Below, piece by piece: positions 26,740 to 39,652 of a DNA stretch of 64,000 nt (position 1 is the first letter of the stretch; every line of letters starts with the position of its first letter). The position numbers and the translations under genes were made by a program. Source of the stretch: Felis catus (taxonomy: Eukaryota). Below the pieces are notes generated by a model, which saw only the letters and a program-made list of their open reading frames with translations, did not search any database and had not been told where the DNA came from. The stretch spans positions 97,280,001 through 97,344,000 of the forward strand of contig NC_058368.1 of assembly GCF_018350175.1 (NCBI RefSeq), read 5' to 3'.

Positions 26740-27570
26740 TTTTTAAAAACCTAAGAAATTTATTAAAAACCTACTGCCAATAATAAATTTATAAAGGTCT
26801 GTGAGAAACAAGGTCAATATACTGAATTGAATTGTATTTTTATACATGAGCAACAATTTGAAAACTAAATCAACAAATACAGTGTCATTATAGTAGCATC
26901 AAAACAAGAAATTATTTAGACATAGATACAGCAACATATGTGCAAGACCTAAACACAAAACCCACAAATTTGCTAAAACATATTAAGAAAGAAAAAAAAG
27001 TAGTAAGATATACTGTGTTCATGTTCATGGATTAGAAATCTCAATTTTGTTAGAGGTCAATGCTCTCAAAATTGATCTATAGATTTAATGTAATCCAAAT
27101 CAAAGTGAGAGCAGGTGTAAATTGACAAGAACATTCTAAAATTTGCATGAAAGTACAAATGATAAGAATATTAGCCAAATCAGTTTTTAAAAAGAACAAA
27201 AACTGAATGACCTACAATACCAGACTTACTGCATTAAGCTACAATATTCAGGATGGTGTATCATCAGGGTATGGGAAGGTACAGATCAATGGAACTGAAT
27301 ATAGCATCAGAAACTGACCTACACATACAGTTTTCATTGACTTTTTTTTTTAAAGACACTAAGGTAACTGAATGAATAAAAGATAATCTTTTCAACAAAT
27401 GGTGCCAGCACAAACAATGGATATTCACATGGAAAAAGAAAATGAACCTCAACCCTTATGTCACCCTTATACAAAAATTAACTCAAAACTGAACATCAAT
27501 TATAAAGGCAAAATGACAGATGTTATAAAGAAAGCACCTCCAGAAAGCAACACAGGAGAAAGAAACACAG
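26740..27570 (+). mobile_element. Old L1M ORF2 fragment
   Basis: ctcaaaattgatctatagatttaatg...atcttttcaacaaatggtgc...atacaaaaattaactcaaaa. Confidence 0.8.
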
Positions 27571-28012
27571 TAGACCTACACCTTGATTTTTGTCCAGGAA
27601 CTGTATTAGATTTCTGACTGTCAGCTGTAAAACAATAATTATGTATTGTTTCCAGCCACTAAATTTGCAGTAATTTTCCAGGGCAACAATTAAAAACTGA
27701 TATAGGTTTCAAAAGTATTTACTTGTCTACAGTGCACCCCCACTGCCTTTCTTCTAGTCTTCATCATCTACCAGCTGGACTATAAATTGTTCTGCCTCAA
27801 TCCTGCTATCTTCCAACACTCTCTAGCACTCTGTCAGAAGAGTGAGCTTTCCAAAATGAAAATGTGATTGGAAAAGGCCATTTCACTTTTTCTACCCATC
27901 GCCACTTGGGACTCTATAAAATTATAATCCAAACCCAGCAGGTTTTTGTTAGACAATAAAAAATAGATTTGGAAATGTACACAGAAATACAAAGGAAATC
28001 CAAAACAATTTT

Positions 28013-28014
28013 GA

Positions 28015-28074
<60 letters not shown>

Positions 28075-28076
28075 AA
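28013..28076. repeat. (GAAA)n tetranucleotide microsatellite
   Basis: Read directly. Confidence 0.97.
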
Positions 28077-28547
28077 AGGAAAGGAAGAGTTGAAAGGCTC
28101 ATAATCTCTGATTTCAAGACTTTCTACAAAACCACAATAATCAAGGTAGTATGGTGTTAACATTAATGACAGACACATACATAAACAGAACAAAACAAAC
28201 AGTCCAGAAACAGACTGATATACATGTGGTCCAAGTATTTTCAACAAATGAGTGACAGTAATTCAACAGAATAACAAAGCTTTTCCACAAATAGATGCTA
28301 GAAGAACTAGGTATCATATTTTTTAATAAAAACTATTTATACCATACACACACACAAAATAACTCAGATCATAAATACCAGCTCAAAATTTATCACTCAG
28401 CTAAAAAAATATAACTTCTATAAAAAAAATTAGAGAAAATTTTTGTCAACTCTAGTTAGAAAAAGATTTCTTTAGTATATAAAACACACAAACCATGGGG
28501 GGAAAAAAGACTGATACACTGGATTTGATTAAAACTAAAAATTTCTA

Positions 28548-28754
28548 GGGGCGCCTGGGTGGCGCAGCCGGTTAAGCGTCCGACTTCAGCCAGGTCACGA
28601 TCTCGCGGTCCGTGAGTTCGAGCCCCGCGTCGGGCTCTGGGCTGATGGCTCAGAGCCTGGAGCCTGTTTCCGATTCTGTGTCTCCCTCTCTCTCTGCCCC
28701 TCACCTGTTCATGCTCTGTCTCTCTCTGTCCCAAAAATAAAAAAACATTGAAAA

Positions 28755-28781
<27 letters not shown>
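28548..28781 (+). mobile_element. Young CAN-SINE (SINEC_Fc)
   Basis: CpG-rich; perfect TSD aaaactaaaaatttcta. Confidence 0.94.
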
Positions 28782-28785
<4 letters not shown>

Positions 28786-28798
28786 CTAAAAATTTCTA

Positions 28799-29020
28799 GG
28801 GGTGCCTGGATGGCTCAGTCAGTTAAGCGTCCGACTCTTGATTTTGGCTCAGGCCATGATCTCACGGTTCATGACTCTGAGCCCCACATGAGGTGCTACA
28901 CTCACAGTGCAGAGCCTACTTGGAATTCTCTCTCTTCCTCTCTCTATCTGTCCCTCCCCTGCTTGTGCTCTCCCTCCCTCTCCCTCTCTCTCAAAAAATA
29001 AACTAAAAAAAAAAAAAAAA
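28799..29020 (+). mobile_element. CAN-SINE (older subfamily)
   Basis: actcttgattttggctcagg; directly behind the preceding SINE's 3' TSD. Confidence 0.9.
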
Positions 29021-29544
29021 AAATTAAAAGCTTCTGCCCTCTTCAAAATCAACATTAAGAAACGCAAAACCAAAACACAGATCAAGAGAAAACCTCTGCA
29101 ACATACAAGTCTGAGAAAGGGCCTTTCTGCCTAATATATTTAAAACTACTGCAACTCAATAATAAAACAAATAATCCCCCCAAAATAGGAATAGACACTA
29201 CATGAAATAAGAAATACAGGTGGCAAATGAGAACATGAAAAGATGCTTAAAATCATTAATCTCAGAGAAATGCAAATCAAAACCACAGTGGGATACCACT
29301 ACTCTGCCATTAGATTGGCTAAAGCTAAAAACACAAGTATTGGCAAGGATGTAGAACAGCTGAAACTCTCATACAATGTTGATGAAATAAAATGGTATAA
29401 CCACTCTGGATAAGTGTTTGGTCTTTACTTATAAAGTTAAACAAAAGACAGAAATTCCACTCCTAGGTATTTACCCAAGAGAAATGAAAGCATACCAAAA
29501 AAAAAAAAAAAAAAACAACTTGTAAAAGATTGCTCAAACCAGCT

Positions 29545-30410
29545 TGATTATTCATCCCTTTTGCCTCCTTGGAAACAGGTACTATCAAATATCAAACATT
29601 CTTTCTCTCCAGGACACACTTGACCTCTGCCTCAACCTAATTCTTCCTACTGGCTTGTAATTGTTCCTAAGTCTCTCCTGATAAACAAACCATCTAATTC
29701 CATCCAGTTTCCATCTCATTTCTCTTCCTCCCAAACTACTTAAGATAGTTTTCTACACTAACAGGATTCATTTCTTCACCTCCACTTGTCTCTTAAGGTA
29801 TGCTACCTAATTTCCACCCATCATTCTTACCAAGATTAAACACTTATTAAAACCAATAATGAGGAGCACCTCAGTCAGTTGGGTGTCCGACCTCGGCTCA
29901 AGTCATGATCTTATGGTTTGTGAGTTCTGGCCCCACTTAGGGTTCTGTGCTGACAGCTCACAGCCTGGATGGAGCCTGTTTCCGACTCTGTATCACCCTC
30001 TCTCTCTCTCTGCCCCTCTCTGGCTCGCACTGTCTCTCAAAAATAAATAAACATTAAAAAAATTTTTTTCAATAAATAAAATAATGAGCACCGTGTCACT
30101 AAAACTAATGCATACTTCTCAGTTCTGATCTTAAACGATTTCATAGAAACACTCTTCTTTCATTCCCCCAAGACACCAGACTCCCCTGTTTTTCCTATTA
30201 TCTGGGTACACATTCTCTGTCTCTTTTGTAGTTCTAACCTTCTCCCCTGGCCATTAACTACTTGAGCTCCTCAAGGCTCAACCTTACTCTTTTCACTTTA
30301 TTTTCTCATTCTAGATAACATCATCCATAGCCTGGTTCCACTTAGTTCCCACCTGGAAATGACCCAAAAAGGCATATCTCAGGCTCTAACCACTGCTTTA
30401 AATTCCAGAT
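29545..30410 (+). mobile_element. L2 fragment interrupted by a SINE
   Basis: cttctcagttctgatctta...gacaccagactcccctgttttcct...cctcaaggctca. Confidence 0.55.
29862..30079 (+). mobile_element. CAN-SINE with partly deleted head
   Basis: TSD aataatgag. Confidence 0.88.
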
Positions 30411-31137
30411 TGAAAATTATTACCTTAAAGAGATTCTGAATTCTCAATTTCATTTTAATGAGAACAGTTCAGAGGACACTATGAAAACATGGTTAAGTGC
30501 AAAGATTCTACATCTAATTAATAGGTTAGGATTTTTCTAAGAAACTAGCATACCTGGATGGAAACAATTTGAAAGTCTTCACTATGACACCAATTACAAT
30601 ATATGCTAATGAGAAAAAAAAAAAAAAAAAGAAGGTGGTATGAGCAAGCCCCAAAAGAGTGTGACCTACAGTGTAAATTACAGTGTCTTTAGTGGCACTG
30701 AAATGGTAGTTAACTAGCCAGAAGTACTCCAACTACTCAGCAGGACAAGATCAGAAGAATCAGATGGGCACCATCATGATTCTTTCTTCGGAACAAGAAT
30801 CTAGCCAGTGGGTGGAACTTTTGTAATTCAATTTCTAAAAGCAAGAATCAGGAAGATAGGGATTTCAGAGTTCAGTCCCACTGCAGAAAATGGAAACCTA
30901 AATCAGAAATCAAGACTGGAAAAAAAAAAAAAAAAAGAAAGAAAAAGAAATCAAGGCTGAAATGTAAATGTTACAATGAATTCCTAATTAGTAAAGAATT
31001 GGAAGATAATATTTTAAATCTCATGAACCTTGTCATCAAAAATTATGATTATTATGAAAACTGGTCGTCTGATAAAAAAAAAAACAGAATTGCTCCAATT
31101 TTAATTACATAAATTTTTATTAAAAACATTTAGTTCA

Positions 31138-31348
31138 GGGGCGCCTGGGTGGCTCAGTCGGTTGAGCGTCCAGTCATGACCTCACTGTTTGTGAGTTCAA
31201 GCCCCACGTCGGGCTCTGTGCTGACAGCTCAAAGCCTGGAGCCTGCTTCGGATTCCATGTCTCCCTCTCTCTCGGTCTCTCCCCTACTCATGTTCTGTCT
31301 CTTTCTGTCTCTCAAAAATAAATAAACATTAAAAAAAAATTTTTTTTT
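31138..31348 (+). mobile_element. CAN-SINE with small internal deletion
   Basis: TSD aaacatttagttca. Confidence 0.92.
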
Positions 31349-31441
31349 AAACATTTAGTTCAAAGAGGCAAAAAATTATCTTTAGCCCTCTTGCATACTT
31401 GACCTAAAAATATTTACTCAGGTACAGGAATCACGTATAAA

Positions 31442-32079
31442 CAGGCAATCCTTATTATTTGCAGATTCTGTATTTGGAAAATTCATCTACTTGCTAAAAT
31501 TAATTTTTAAGTCCAAAATCAGTATGCTAGGTTTCACAGTCATTTGTAAACATTCTCAGGCACAGAAGAGTGAAAAATGTGAGTTGCCCAAAGCACACAT
31601 TATCCCAGTTGAGGGAGAACACAGTGATGCCCTTCCTTCACGTTTTCCACTCTCATACTGTTCACATATTCTTTTCTCAGTGTATTAAGTGCCAGATTTT
31701 TGTGTATTTTTGTGCTTTTAGTTGGTGATTTCACTGTTTGAAAACGGCCCCCAGCATCGTACGAAAGTGCTACCTCGCGTTCCTAAGCACAAGAAGGCTG
31801 TGATACGTGTGCTAGATAAGCTTCGTTCTGGCATGAGTTTTGTGGTGCTGTTGGCCGTGAGTTCAGTTCATCAATCAATGGTATGTATTAAATAAAGTTT
31901 CTGTAAACAAAAACACACAGAAAACAAGGTTGTGCACTGACTGACTGACAAAACTTCTGTGACCAGAGCTTTGTAGGAAATGAATCCTGTATTTCCCCTA
32001 GGGCCAATGGACTAGTGATAATCCAGTGTTTACAGTAATTTTATAAAACCTAACTATCACAGGTATCAAGAATCAACTG
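31442..32079 (+). mobile_element. MER82 (TcMar-Tigger) DNA transposon, near full length
   Basis: Ends cag..atccttattatttgcagattc / aagaatcaactg; internal gttcctaagcacaagaaggctgtgat and ctgtatttcccctagg match the recalled consensus. Confidence 0.8.
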
Positions 32080-32099
32080 TGCATATAAACTTCTTCAAG

Positions 32100-32520
32100 T
32101 TTAATATATAGAGAGAGAATTTGGTCCTAACCATAAACGTGCAACTCCATGAATCTTCACAAAGTGAACATGCCTCTGTAACCACCACCCAAATCAAGAA
32201 ACAATATAACCAGAAACCAAAAAAACCTCACATGCCCCTTTCATTTCACCCTCCTACTCCCTCAAAAGAAACTGATCTGTATCTTGACCTTTAAAACCAT
32301 ATTTTTCCAGTTTTCAACATTATATAAATGGAATCAGAAAGTCTTGCTTCTTGTAACAATATTATGTTTATAAGACTCATTCATGTTGTTACCCATAGTT
32401 TAATTTTTATCATTGTGGAATACTCCAATGAATATGCTACAATTTATCTATTCTATTGTTGATGAGAATTGAGGCTACTGTAATAGTGTTAATATAAATA
32501 TTCTTACTTTCTAGCCTACT
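32100..32520 (-). mobile_element. Old L1M 3' end
   Basis: cacaaagtgaaca..ctgtaaccaccacccaaatcaagaaaca...ttatataaatggaatca. Confidence 0.65.
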
Positions 32521-32547
32521 GACTTCACACGTTTCCACTTAAATTCT

Positions 32548-32755
32548 ACTTTTTAATGTTTATTTATTTTTGACAGAGAGAGCACAAGCACAAGCAGGGG
32601 AAGGGCAGAGAGCGAGGGAGAGAGAGAATCACAAGCAGGCTTCACACTGTCAGTGCGGAGCCTGATGTGGGGCTCGATCCCACGAACCATGACATCATGA
32701 CCTGAGCCGAAATCAAGAGTCAGATGCTTCAGTGACTCGGGCACCCAGGTGCCGC
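32548..32755 (-). mobile_element. CAN-SINE (older subfamily)
   Basis: TSD tcca(c/t)ttaaatt. Confidence 0.9.
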
Positions 32756-32778
32756 TCCATTTAAATTATATTAAATGC

Positions 32779-33003
32779 GGGGCGCCTGGGTGGCTCAGTC
32801 GGTTGGGCGTCCGACTTCGGCTCAGGTCATGATCTCGCAGTCCATGAGTTGAGCCCCGCATCGGGCTCTGTGCTGACAGCTCAGACCCTGGAGCCTGTTT
32901 CAGATTCTGTGTCTCCCTCTCTCTCTGACCTTCCCCCATTCATGCTCTGTCTCTCTCTGTCTCAAAAATGAATAAACGTTAAAAAAAATTTTTTAATAAA
33001 AAT
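32779..33003 (+). mobile_element. CAN-SINE (SINEC_Fc)
   Basis: TSD aaattatattaaatgc. Confidence 0.93.
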
Positions 33004-35847
33004 AAATTATATTAAATGCAAATATAAGTTACTTATTGTCATTTAAACATCCCTAAATGAATAACTGTAAACGGAATAATGCTATAAAACTTTAAGCAAG
33101 TTTAGCAGATATGGTATTACTCTGAAGATAATGAGGGCAAAATTGTACCAATGAACTGAATAAAGGCTACCTCAGTTTGCAGAAAAGAAAGTCTTTTAAC
33201 CACCCAGGAAGCATAGTCACAATACTGACATATAAAAAAGATAAAGTATTTTGCCTTAAGATAGACTGGACAACAGAGTTAATAGATCAAACAAAAACCA
33301 ATAATTAAAAAATTCTCAGAGGGTCTCAAAATCATTATCACTACTCAAGTATTTATTCACATATATTTTATATTCCCTCAGGATATAACTGTATTGTAAA
33401 ATATAATATGCAAATAAAATTAAATTTATAATTAGTTATATTAAAGACTATTAAAACTTGTAGTACCAGTTTATATATTTTCCAAGATACTATGTGTATA
33501 TTTTGATAACCACGGTGTTATCAACAACCTATGGTCTCTCTCTAAAGTGCACAATTCCAAACACTGAAAAAACAGGGGGTGAGGATTCCAAATCCATGCA
33601 AGTAAATACACTGCACCATAAGTGTGCCTGACAATCTAACATTGCCAAATGTTAAGCTATGTTTAAATACATAAATAGTGAAGCAAGAGAAAACAATCAA
33701 ATTTGGAGAAAACCAGACACTAAATGGCTTCACAATCGTGACCGGTTCAGTTTTTGAACTGAACGATTTGACTTTTACTGAGAATCAAGTTAAAACAGAG
33801 ACCAAAATGGGTGTGATGATTCTTTCTGTAATGCTTATTATCTTGCCTAAATCACACTTTTCATGTAATTGAAGGAAATACTATATAAACTGGAATGCAT
33901 ATATTGGGGTACACTATGTGAGTCTAAACAGAAATGATATATGGTATCTGATTAAGCATGACAATGGGTTGCAAGTTGTGTCTGAGACCTGTCAACATAA
34001 ACTAGACAAGTGCTTTAAGTGCTATAAGTGCTTTAAGATAATAAAGTAAATATTATCCATAAAGTAAATTATCAATTCAGATCATCAACAGAGCAAAATG
34101 ACTTCATTAGGAATATTTATTTTTAACATAAGCTACACTCAAAATTAAATTAGATGGTTCACTATAATCTTATATTCTTACTAATGATTCATACTTATTT
34201 CCCTTTTATTGATTCTACGTTTTGGGCAATTTACCATGAAACATATTCTAAGAAATTGTCTACATGACTACTTACAATACCTTTTCTTACCTTATGCTAT
34301 ATCAATACATATCACTGTATGCAGCGATCCTCTGAGAAACAAAATAATTCATGAAAAGATAATAATTTGACTTTATGAAGTATTGAGTAGTGGAAAGCTG
34401 CAAATGTGAGACTTGAAATATCAGTTATCAAATGTTCAAAGGCAAAAAGATTTTTTTAAATGTGTCCTTTGTATTGAATAGTACCTAAAACACAGTAGGA
34501 CCTCAATAAATATTTATAAGATGTAGATACATCTGTGGGAATGTATAGCTAAAATTATAAAGCACATGCATATATGACAACTATAATCCATTTATACTCA
34601 AATAAAAATCAAATCATATATCGTAAACTGCTAAGAGTACTCAGACTTCCATAAACCAAAAAAATCACATTTCCAGATAAGACTGAATACTCACAGTTAA
34701 ATTTATAGTTATATCCAAACATTTATCATAATTTTTCTTCAGCATAATTATCTCAATGGATCTTATTCATACTTAGAGAACATACTGTTTATATTTAAAA
34801 CGTTTCTGATCAATGTAGAGGGTAAAAACAAGAACTACAGTTTTTTCGATCACAATCACCTCTACAAGCATCCATTTGGGAAAAGTTAACCTGTTACTTT
34901 ATATGGTAATCAGCATATTATTCACAGTAGACTTAAAACGTCCTAGAATTCATAAGCCTGTAATAATTCTTGAGATATCTTCTTTCGTGTATACACAGTT
35001 GATTGCCGTATGGATCGCAAGATTTGGACTGCATGCAAAGATGTTAATGATATCAAAGGACCAGATGCTTCAGGCTTATAAATCATCAAAAAGTTGTTTA
35101 TATCCTTTTATGCCATATAAATAAATGTTTGTATTACTCTGTGATTATTCTATGTACTTGAAATTAAATTATATTCTTTGGGTGCATCTATACATTGTAT
35201 CACATCATAATGGAAACCAGGTCTTATTACTAACTGATCTTCATTTTTAGTCATTAAATTATTACCGTGAAAATAATACATCGTAAAACTCCCACTTTTT
35301 CAGCAAAAATTTGGTTACTAATATTCACTGTCTAAAATGATATAAACTGAAGTCAGTACTCTTACAACACAGTGGCAACAATACTGCCTAAAAGGTTTTT
35401 CTGGGAAACATAGGAGAGAAATTTTATATAGCTTTGAAAACTAATTGCTACATAAATAGTAAGGATTTTAAATGTGTTTTCATAAGTACAAAGAATATCG
35501 ACAATATTTCTTTTCAAAAGATAAAGACAGAAATTATGAGAGAGAAATGGACATTGTACATCATAGTAACTAAAAATAAACAGCCTCCTAAAAACAATAG
35601 TTATAAACCATAATCTAATGGGAATAATAATCATTGTTAAGAGCTTAAAACGATTCCAATTCTACCCAGTAAAAACCCAGTAACACTTGAGGCTGGCTTT
35701 AAAATACTTTGAGAACACAAGTATGATCTGGTCCTTTGAAGCCTATCAGAATTTTCACGGAAAGCGTTAGGACCCCCAAATCTCTAGCTGACTATCTAAA
35801 GGAGATTTTTAGCAGTCTTACATGTTCTTTAAAAGCTGAGTATTATA

Positions 35848-36070
35848 GAGGTGCGATAGTGGCTCAGTCAGTTAAGCGTCCAGCTTCGGGTTCAGGTCAT
35901 GATCTCACGGCTTGTGGGTTCCAGCCCTGCGTCTGGCCCTGTGCAGACAGCGCAGAGCCCGGAGCCTGCTTAAGATTCTGTCTCCCTCTCTCTCTGGCCC
36001 TCCCCTGTTCGCAGTCTCTGTCTCTCTCTCAAAATAAATAGACAAAATAAAAACATTTTTTTAATTAAAA
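35848..36070 (+). mobile_element. CAN-SINE
   Basis: TSD aaaag(c/t)tgagt(a/g)ttata. Confidence 0.9.
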
Positions 36071-36479
36071 AAAAGTTGAGTGTTATAAACATTAGGTACT
36101 GTCATTATGAAGACAAAATCCCATTAAAAATAAAACTGAGTTCCCCAGAAATGTAAAAAGAGTTATGTACCAAAAATGTTTAAATAAATCAATAATAATG
36201 ATGATAGTAAAATCTCTACCATCTTTAGCATCACCATAATCTCATCTATTAATGCATATTTGTTATTCTATCAAATGAAGTGAAAGAGCTAAACAGAAAT
36301 AACTTGCCTTAAAATGCAACATTTATATTTAGATAATTTTGCATACATATTACTATGAAAAAATATGTCACAAAGAATACAGGATCAAAACCTATTTCCT
36401 TATTGAGGACTATAATCAACATCTTTTAATGCACAGCATTGGCATCTATTTTTAAATTTGGAGTTATGGCAAGAACAGG

Positions 36480-36800
36480 TGATTCAATTAAAAAGACATG
36501 TGAAACAATAATCAGATACCACTTCATCATGTCAGCAAAAGTTAAAATAACATAATACCCAGGGCTGTTGAGAGAATGGGACCAGAGACAATTTCATAAA
36601 CTGTTACTGGAGACTGACCTGGCAGTATCTTTCAAGATATAAAATGCGCATACTTTTTGACCCAAAATCCACTTCTAGGAACCTAATAAAAATTTTCACA
36701 TGTTCAGAAAGCTAATGTGTTCAGATGTTCAGTAAAATATAGTAATCACACCCTAAATGTCCAGTAAAAGGAATGGTTAAATGAATCATCATACTTATGT
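36480..36800 (+). mobile_element. Old L1ME-like fragment
   Basis: agataccacttca...gcatactttttgacccaaaatccacttctagga. Confidence 0.55.
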
Positions 36801-37184
36801 ACATATTGACACAGAAAAAGACCCACAATAAGTCACATATGGGAAAAAAAAAAAAAACCACTAATTCCAGGATAATGTGTATAATTGTGTTAGGAATAGC
36901 ATTTTTTTGTTTTTGTTTTTTTAACCAGGTAACATTAAGGTTTCTGCCTGGGTTCAGGAAAATTCTCTCCACAAAATGAGATATATAAAGAGATAGTGAT
37001 TTAAAGACATACCTAAATCTCTACCGAATTTGTAAGCAGTGGCAAGTTGAAAAAAAAGAGAAGCGAAAACAGAACAAACAGACATGCAGACATGCACAAA
37101 GAAAGACAGAGACAGAGGGAGAAAGAACTATGTCAAAAGAACTAGAAGTATGCATAGAAAGAACAGAATTACTGAACATTCAAT

Positions 37185-37516
37185 TTTACTTAATTTTTTT
37201 TAATGTTTATTCATTGTGAGAGACAGAGTTCACGCACACGCATGCAGGGGAGAGGCAGAGAGAAAGAATACCAAGCAGGTATCCTGCTGCCAGCACAGAG
37301 CCTGATGCAGGGCTTGATCCCATGATCCGTTAGATCAGAACCTGGGTCAAAATCAAGTCAGACACTCAACTGATTCAGCCACCCAGGCACCCTTTATTCA
37401 TTTATTTATTTTAATATTTTCTTTTTAAGTAATCTCCACACCCAACATGGTACCTGAACTCACAACCCAGAGATCAAGAATCAAATGCTCTCCTGACTGA
37501 GCCAGCCAGGTGCCCT
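37185..37516 (-). mobile_element. Two tandem CAN-SINEs (long form, then short form)
   Basis: Two heads, ending gccacccaggcaccc (37392) and gccagccaggtgccc (37515). Confidence 0.85.
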
Positions 37517-38757
37517 TAAACAACCAATTTTGAATAGTTCACCTCATCACAACCTTCTGTAAGCCCCATGACTTCATCTAACTCAACATTCGTTAGAGTC
37601 TATTCTACACACACATGAATGTTCTGTTTGAATGATGTGGGGTAACTAGTAGGAAAGGCGTAACCTTCCCCATCTGGATAGACACAAGGCTCATAAGAGA
37701 CAACATCCACAGAATATAACAGGAATACAGCGCAAGAGGTGATTATAACATTTTTGCAGAAAACTTCCGCAGCATATTTCATACGGAACATGAGACAATT
37801 TTACTTAAACTTCAAAAGACAAAGTATCCTCTATTAATAGCTACATTATATACTTGTGTGTGTGTATGTTTATATGTGTGTATGAATGTATGTTATATAT
37901 TTATGTATATAAAACATTAGTTATCCCTATTTGATTTGTTAAAATAAATTTTCTTTTTTATCTCACACTATTAATATTTCAGTTTCTCAGCCTTGCTCTT
38001 TCCTCCAAGGGACAGTAACTACTGCAATTTCTGGTTTATCTTTGAGAACACGAGCCCTCCTAATTAGCAACTGCTAGTGAAAGGAACCTCAGAAAGATAA
38101 GAAGAGATGCTAAGGCTCTTTATCACATAGCTGCAGGGGGCAGAACTTTCTGAGTCAGAGGGTCTGTCCCAATAACACGCAGAACGAAAGCATTCACAAG
38201 AACACAGGTCTAGTACACAGGAAGTCTGTTAAGTTACAACTGTAATCATGCTACTCTATTTTCTATGATAAAACCATCCTTACAAATGTTTACTTGTAAC
38301 AAAAGAGCCTCTCAAGTCATCTGGATTCGAAGAATCCTAGCATGTCCTGTGACTCTAGCCTTTATCTAACAAATCTGTTTTTTTAATTGGTTGCCTTGCT
38401 TGATAAGTGATTGGCCTGGTAAAATAATTTTTAACTCTCGTTTCTATTTCTGAAGATTTATATACTTGTAACATAGTTTTGTTAACCACAAACAATCTGA
38501 AACTTTATCTCTTTCCATCCACCATGCATAAAGGTAACATAAGCTAACTTATCTGGTAGATTTTTTTATCTTTAAAATCACGTACATGTATTTTAAAATG
38601 TATTACTTGTATTTCATCAAAATTAAGAAATTTTGTACTTCCAAAGAAGAGTCTATACTAAGAGGATGAAAAGACTTGTCACAGACTAGGAGGAAATATT
38701 TTCAAATTACATATTCTGGGACGGGTACCCAGAATACATAAAGAACTGCCAGACTCA

Positions 38758-39002
38758 GGGGCACCTGGGTAGCTCAGTCGGTTGAGCGTCCAACTTCGGC
38801 TCAGGTCATGGTCTCACAGTTCACGAGTTTGAGCCCCGTGCAGGCTCTGTGGTGACAGCTCAGAGCCTGAAGCCTGCTTCAGGTTCTGTGTTTCCATCTC
38901 TCTCTCTGCCCCTCCCCCTGCTCATGCTCTGTCTCTCTCTTTGTCAAAAATAATTTTAAAAAACATTTAAAAACAAGTAAAAAAAAAAAAAGAAGAAGAA
39001 AA
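38758..39002 (+). mobile_element. CAN-SINE
   Basis: TSD cagactca. Confidence 0.9.
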
Positions 39003-39259
39003 GTCAGACTCAAGGACCTGCAGCGGGATGGGGTAAGAAAAAAGAACTCTCAGACTCATTAATAAGAAAACAAAGAAGCTAATTTTAAAATGGGCAGAAG
39101 ATCTGAAGTACACTTTACCAAAGAAGCCAGATGGCAAACAAGCACATGAAAAGACGCTCAGCATCAGCAATAATTAGGTAAATGCGAATTTAGCCAATTT
39201 AGGGAAGATATCCCTATACAATTAGTATAATGGCTAAAATTTAAAAGACTGCCTTTGTC

Positions 39260-39478
39260 AGGGTGCCTGGGTGGCTCACGTGGTTAAGGGCCCAACTTTC
39301 AGCTTAGGTCATGATCTCATGACTGGTAACTTCGAGCCTCACATCAGGCTCTGTGCTGACAGCTTGGAGCCTGGAGCCTGCTTCGGATTCTGTGCCTCCC
39401 TAGCTCTCTGCCCCTCCCCCACTCACGCGCCCCCCCCCCCCAAAAATAAACATTAAAAAATTTTTTAAGAAATAAATA
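39260..39478 (+). mobile_element. CAN-SINE
   Basis: SINE body; flanked by agactgcc repeats. Confidence 0.88.
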
Positions 39479-39489
39479 CAGACTGCCAA

Positions 39490-39652
39490 GTTTTATTTAC
39501 TTTTGAGAGGGCATGAGTTGGGGAGAGGCACAGAGAGAAGGAGACACAGAATCTGAAGCAGGCTCCAGATGCGGGGCTCGAACTCACAGACCGTGAGATC
39601 ATGACCTGAGCTCAAGTGAGATGCTTAACCGACTGAGCCACCCAGGCGCCCC
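39490..39652 (-). mobile_element. CAN-SINE with internal deletion
   Basis: Ends gagccacccaggcgcccc. Confidence 0.88.

Larger units (their letters stand above)
27915..29530 (+). mobile_element. Old L1M ORF2 3' fragment, interrupted by (GAAA)n and two SINEs
   Basis: ctgatttcaagactttctacaaaaccacaataatcaagg...gaaatgcaaatcaaaaccaca...ccactcctaggtatttacccaagagaaatgaaa. Confidence 0.8.

Noticed and set aside
33503..33765. Two 8-bp-stem hairpins (ttgataac/gttatcaa and gttcagtt/aactgaac)
   Set aside because: Expected by chance in 64 kb of AT-rich DNA; too short for a pre-miRNA or terminal inverted repeats.
34008..34036. Triple aagtgct, reading AGCACTT on the gene strand like a miR-302-family seed match
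   Set aside because: A short tandem repeat deep in an intron; no basis for miRNA targeting.
37600..37791. 63-aa minus-strand ORF in unique sequence
   Set aside because: No similarity to DTWD2 or any family I recognise, and no convincing splice sites.
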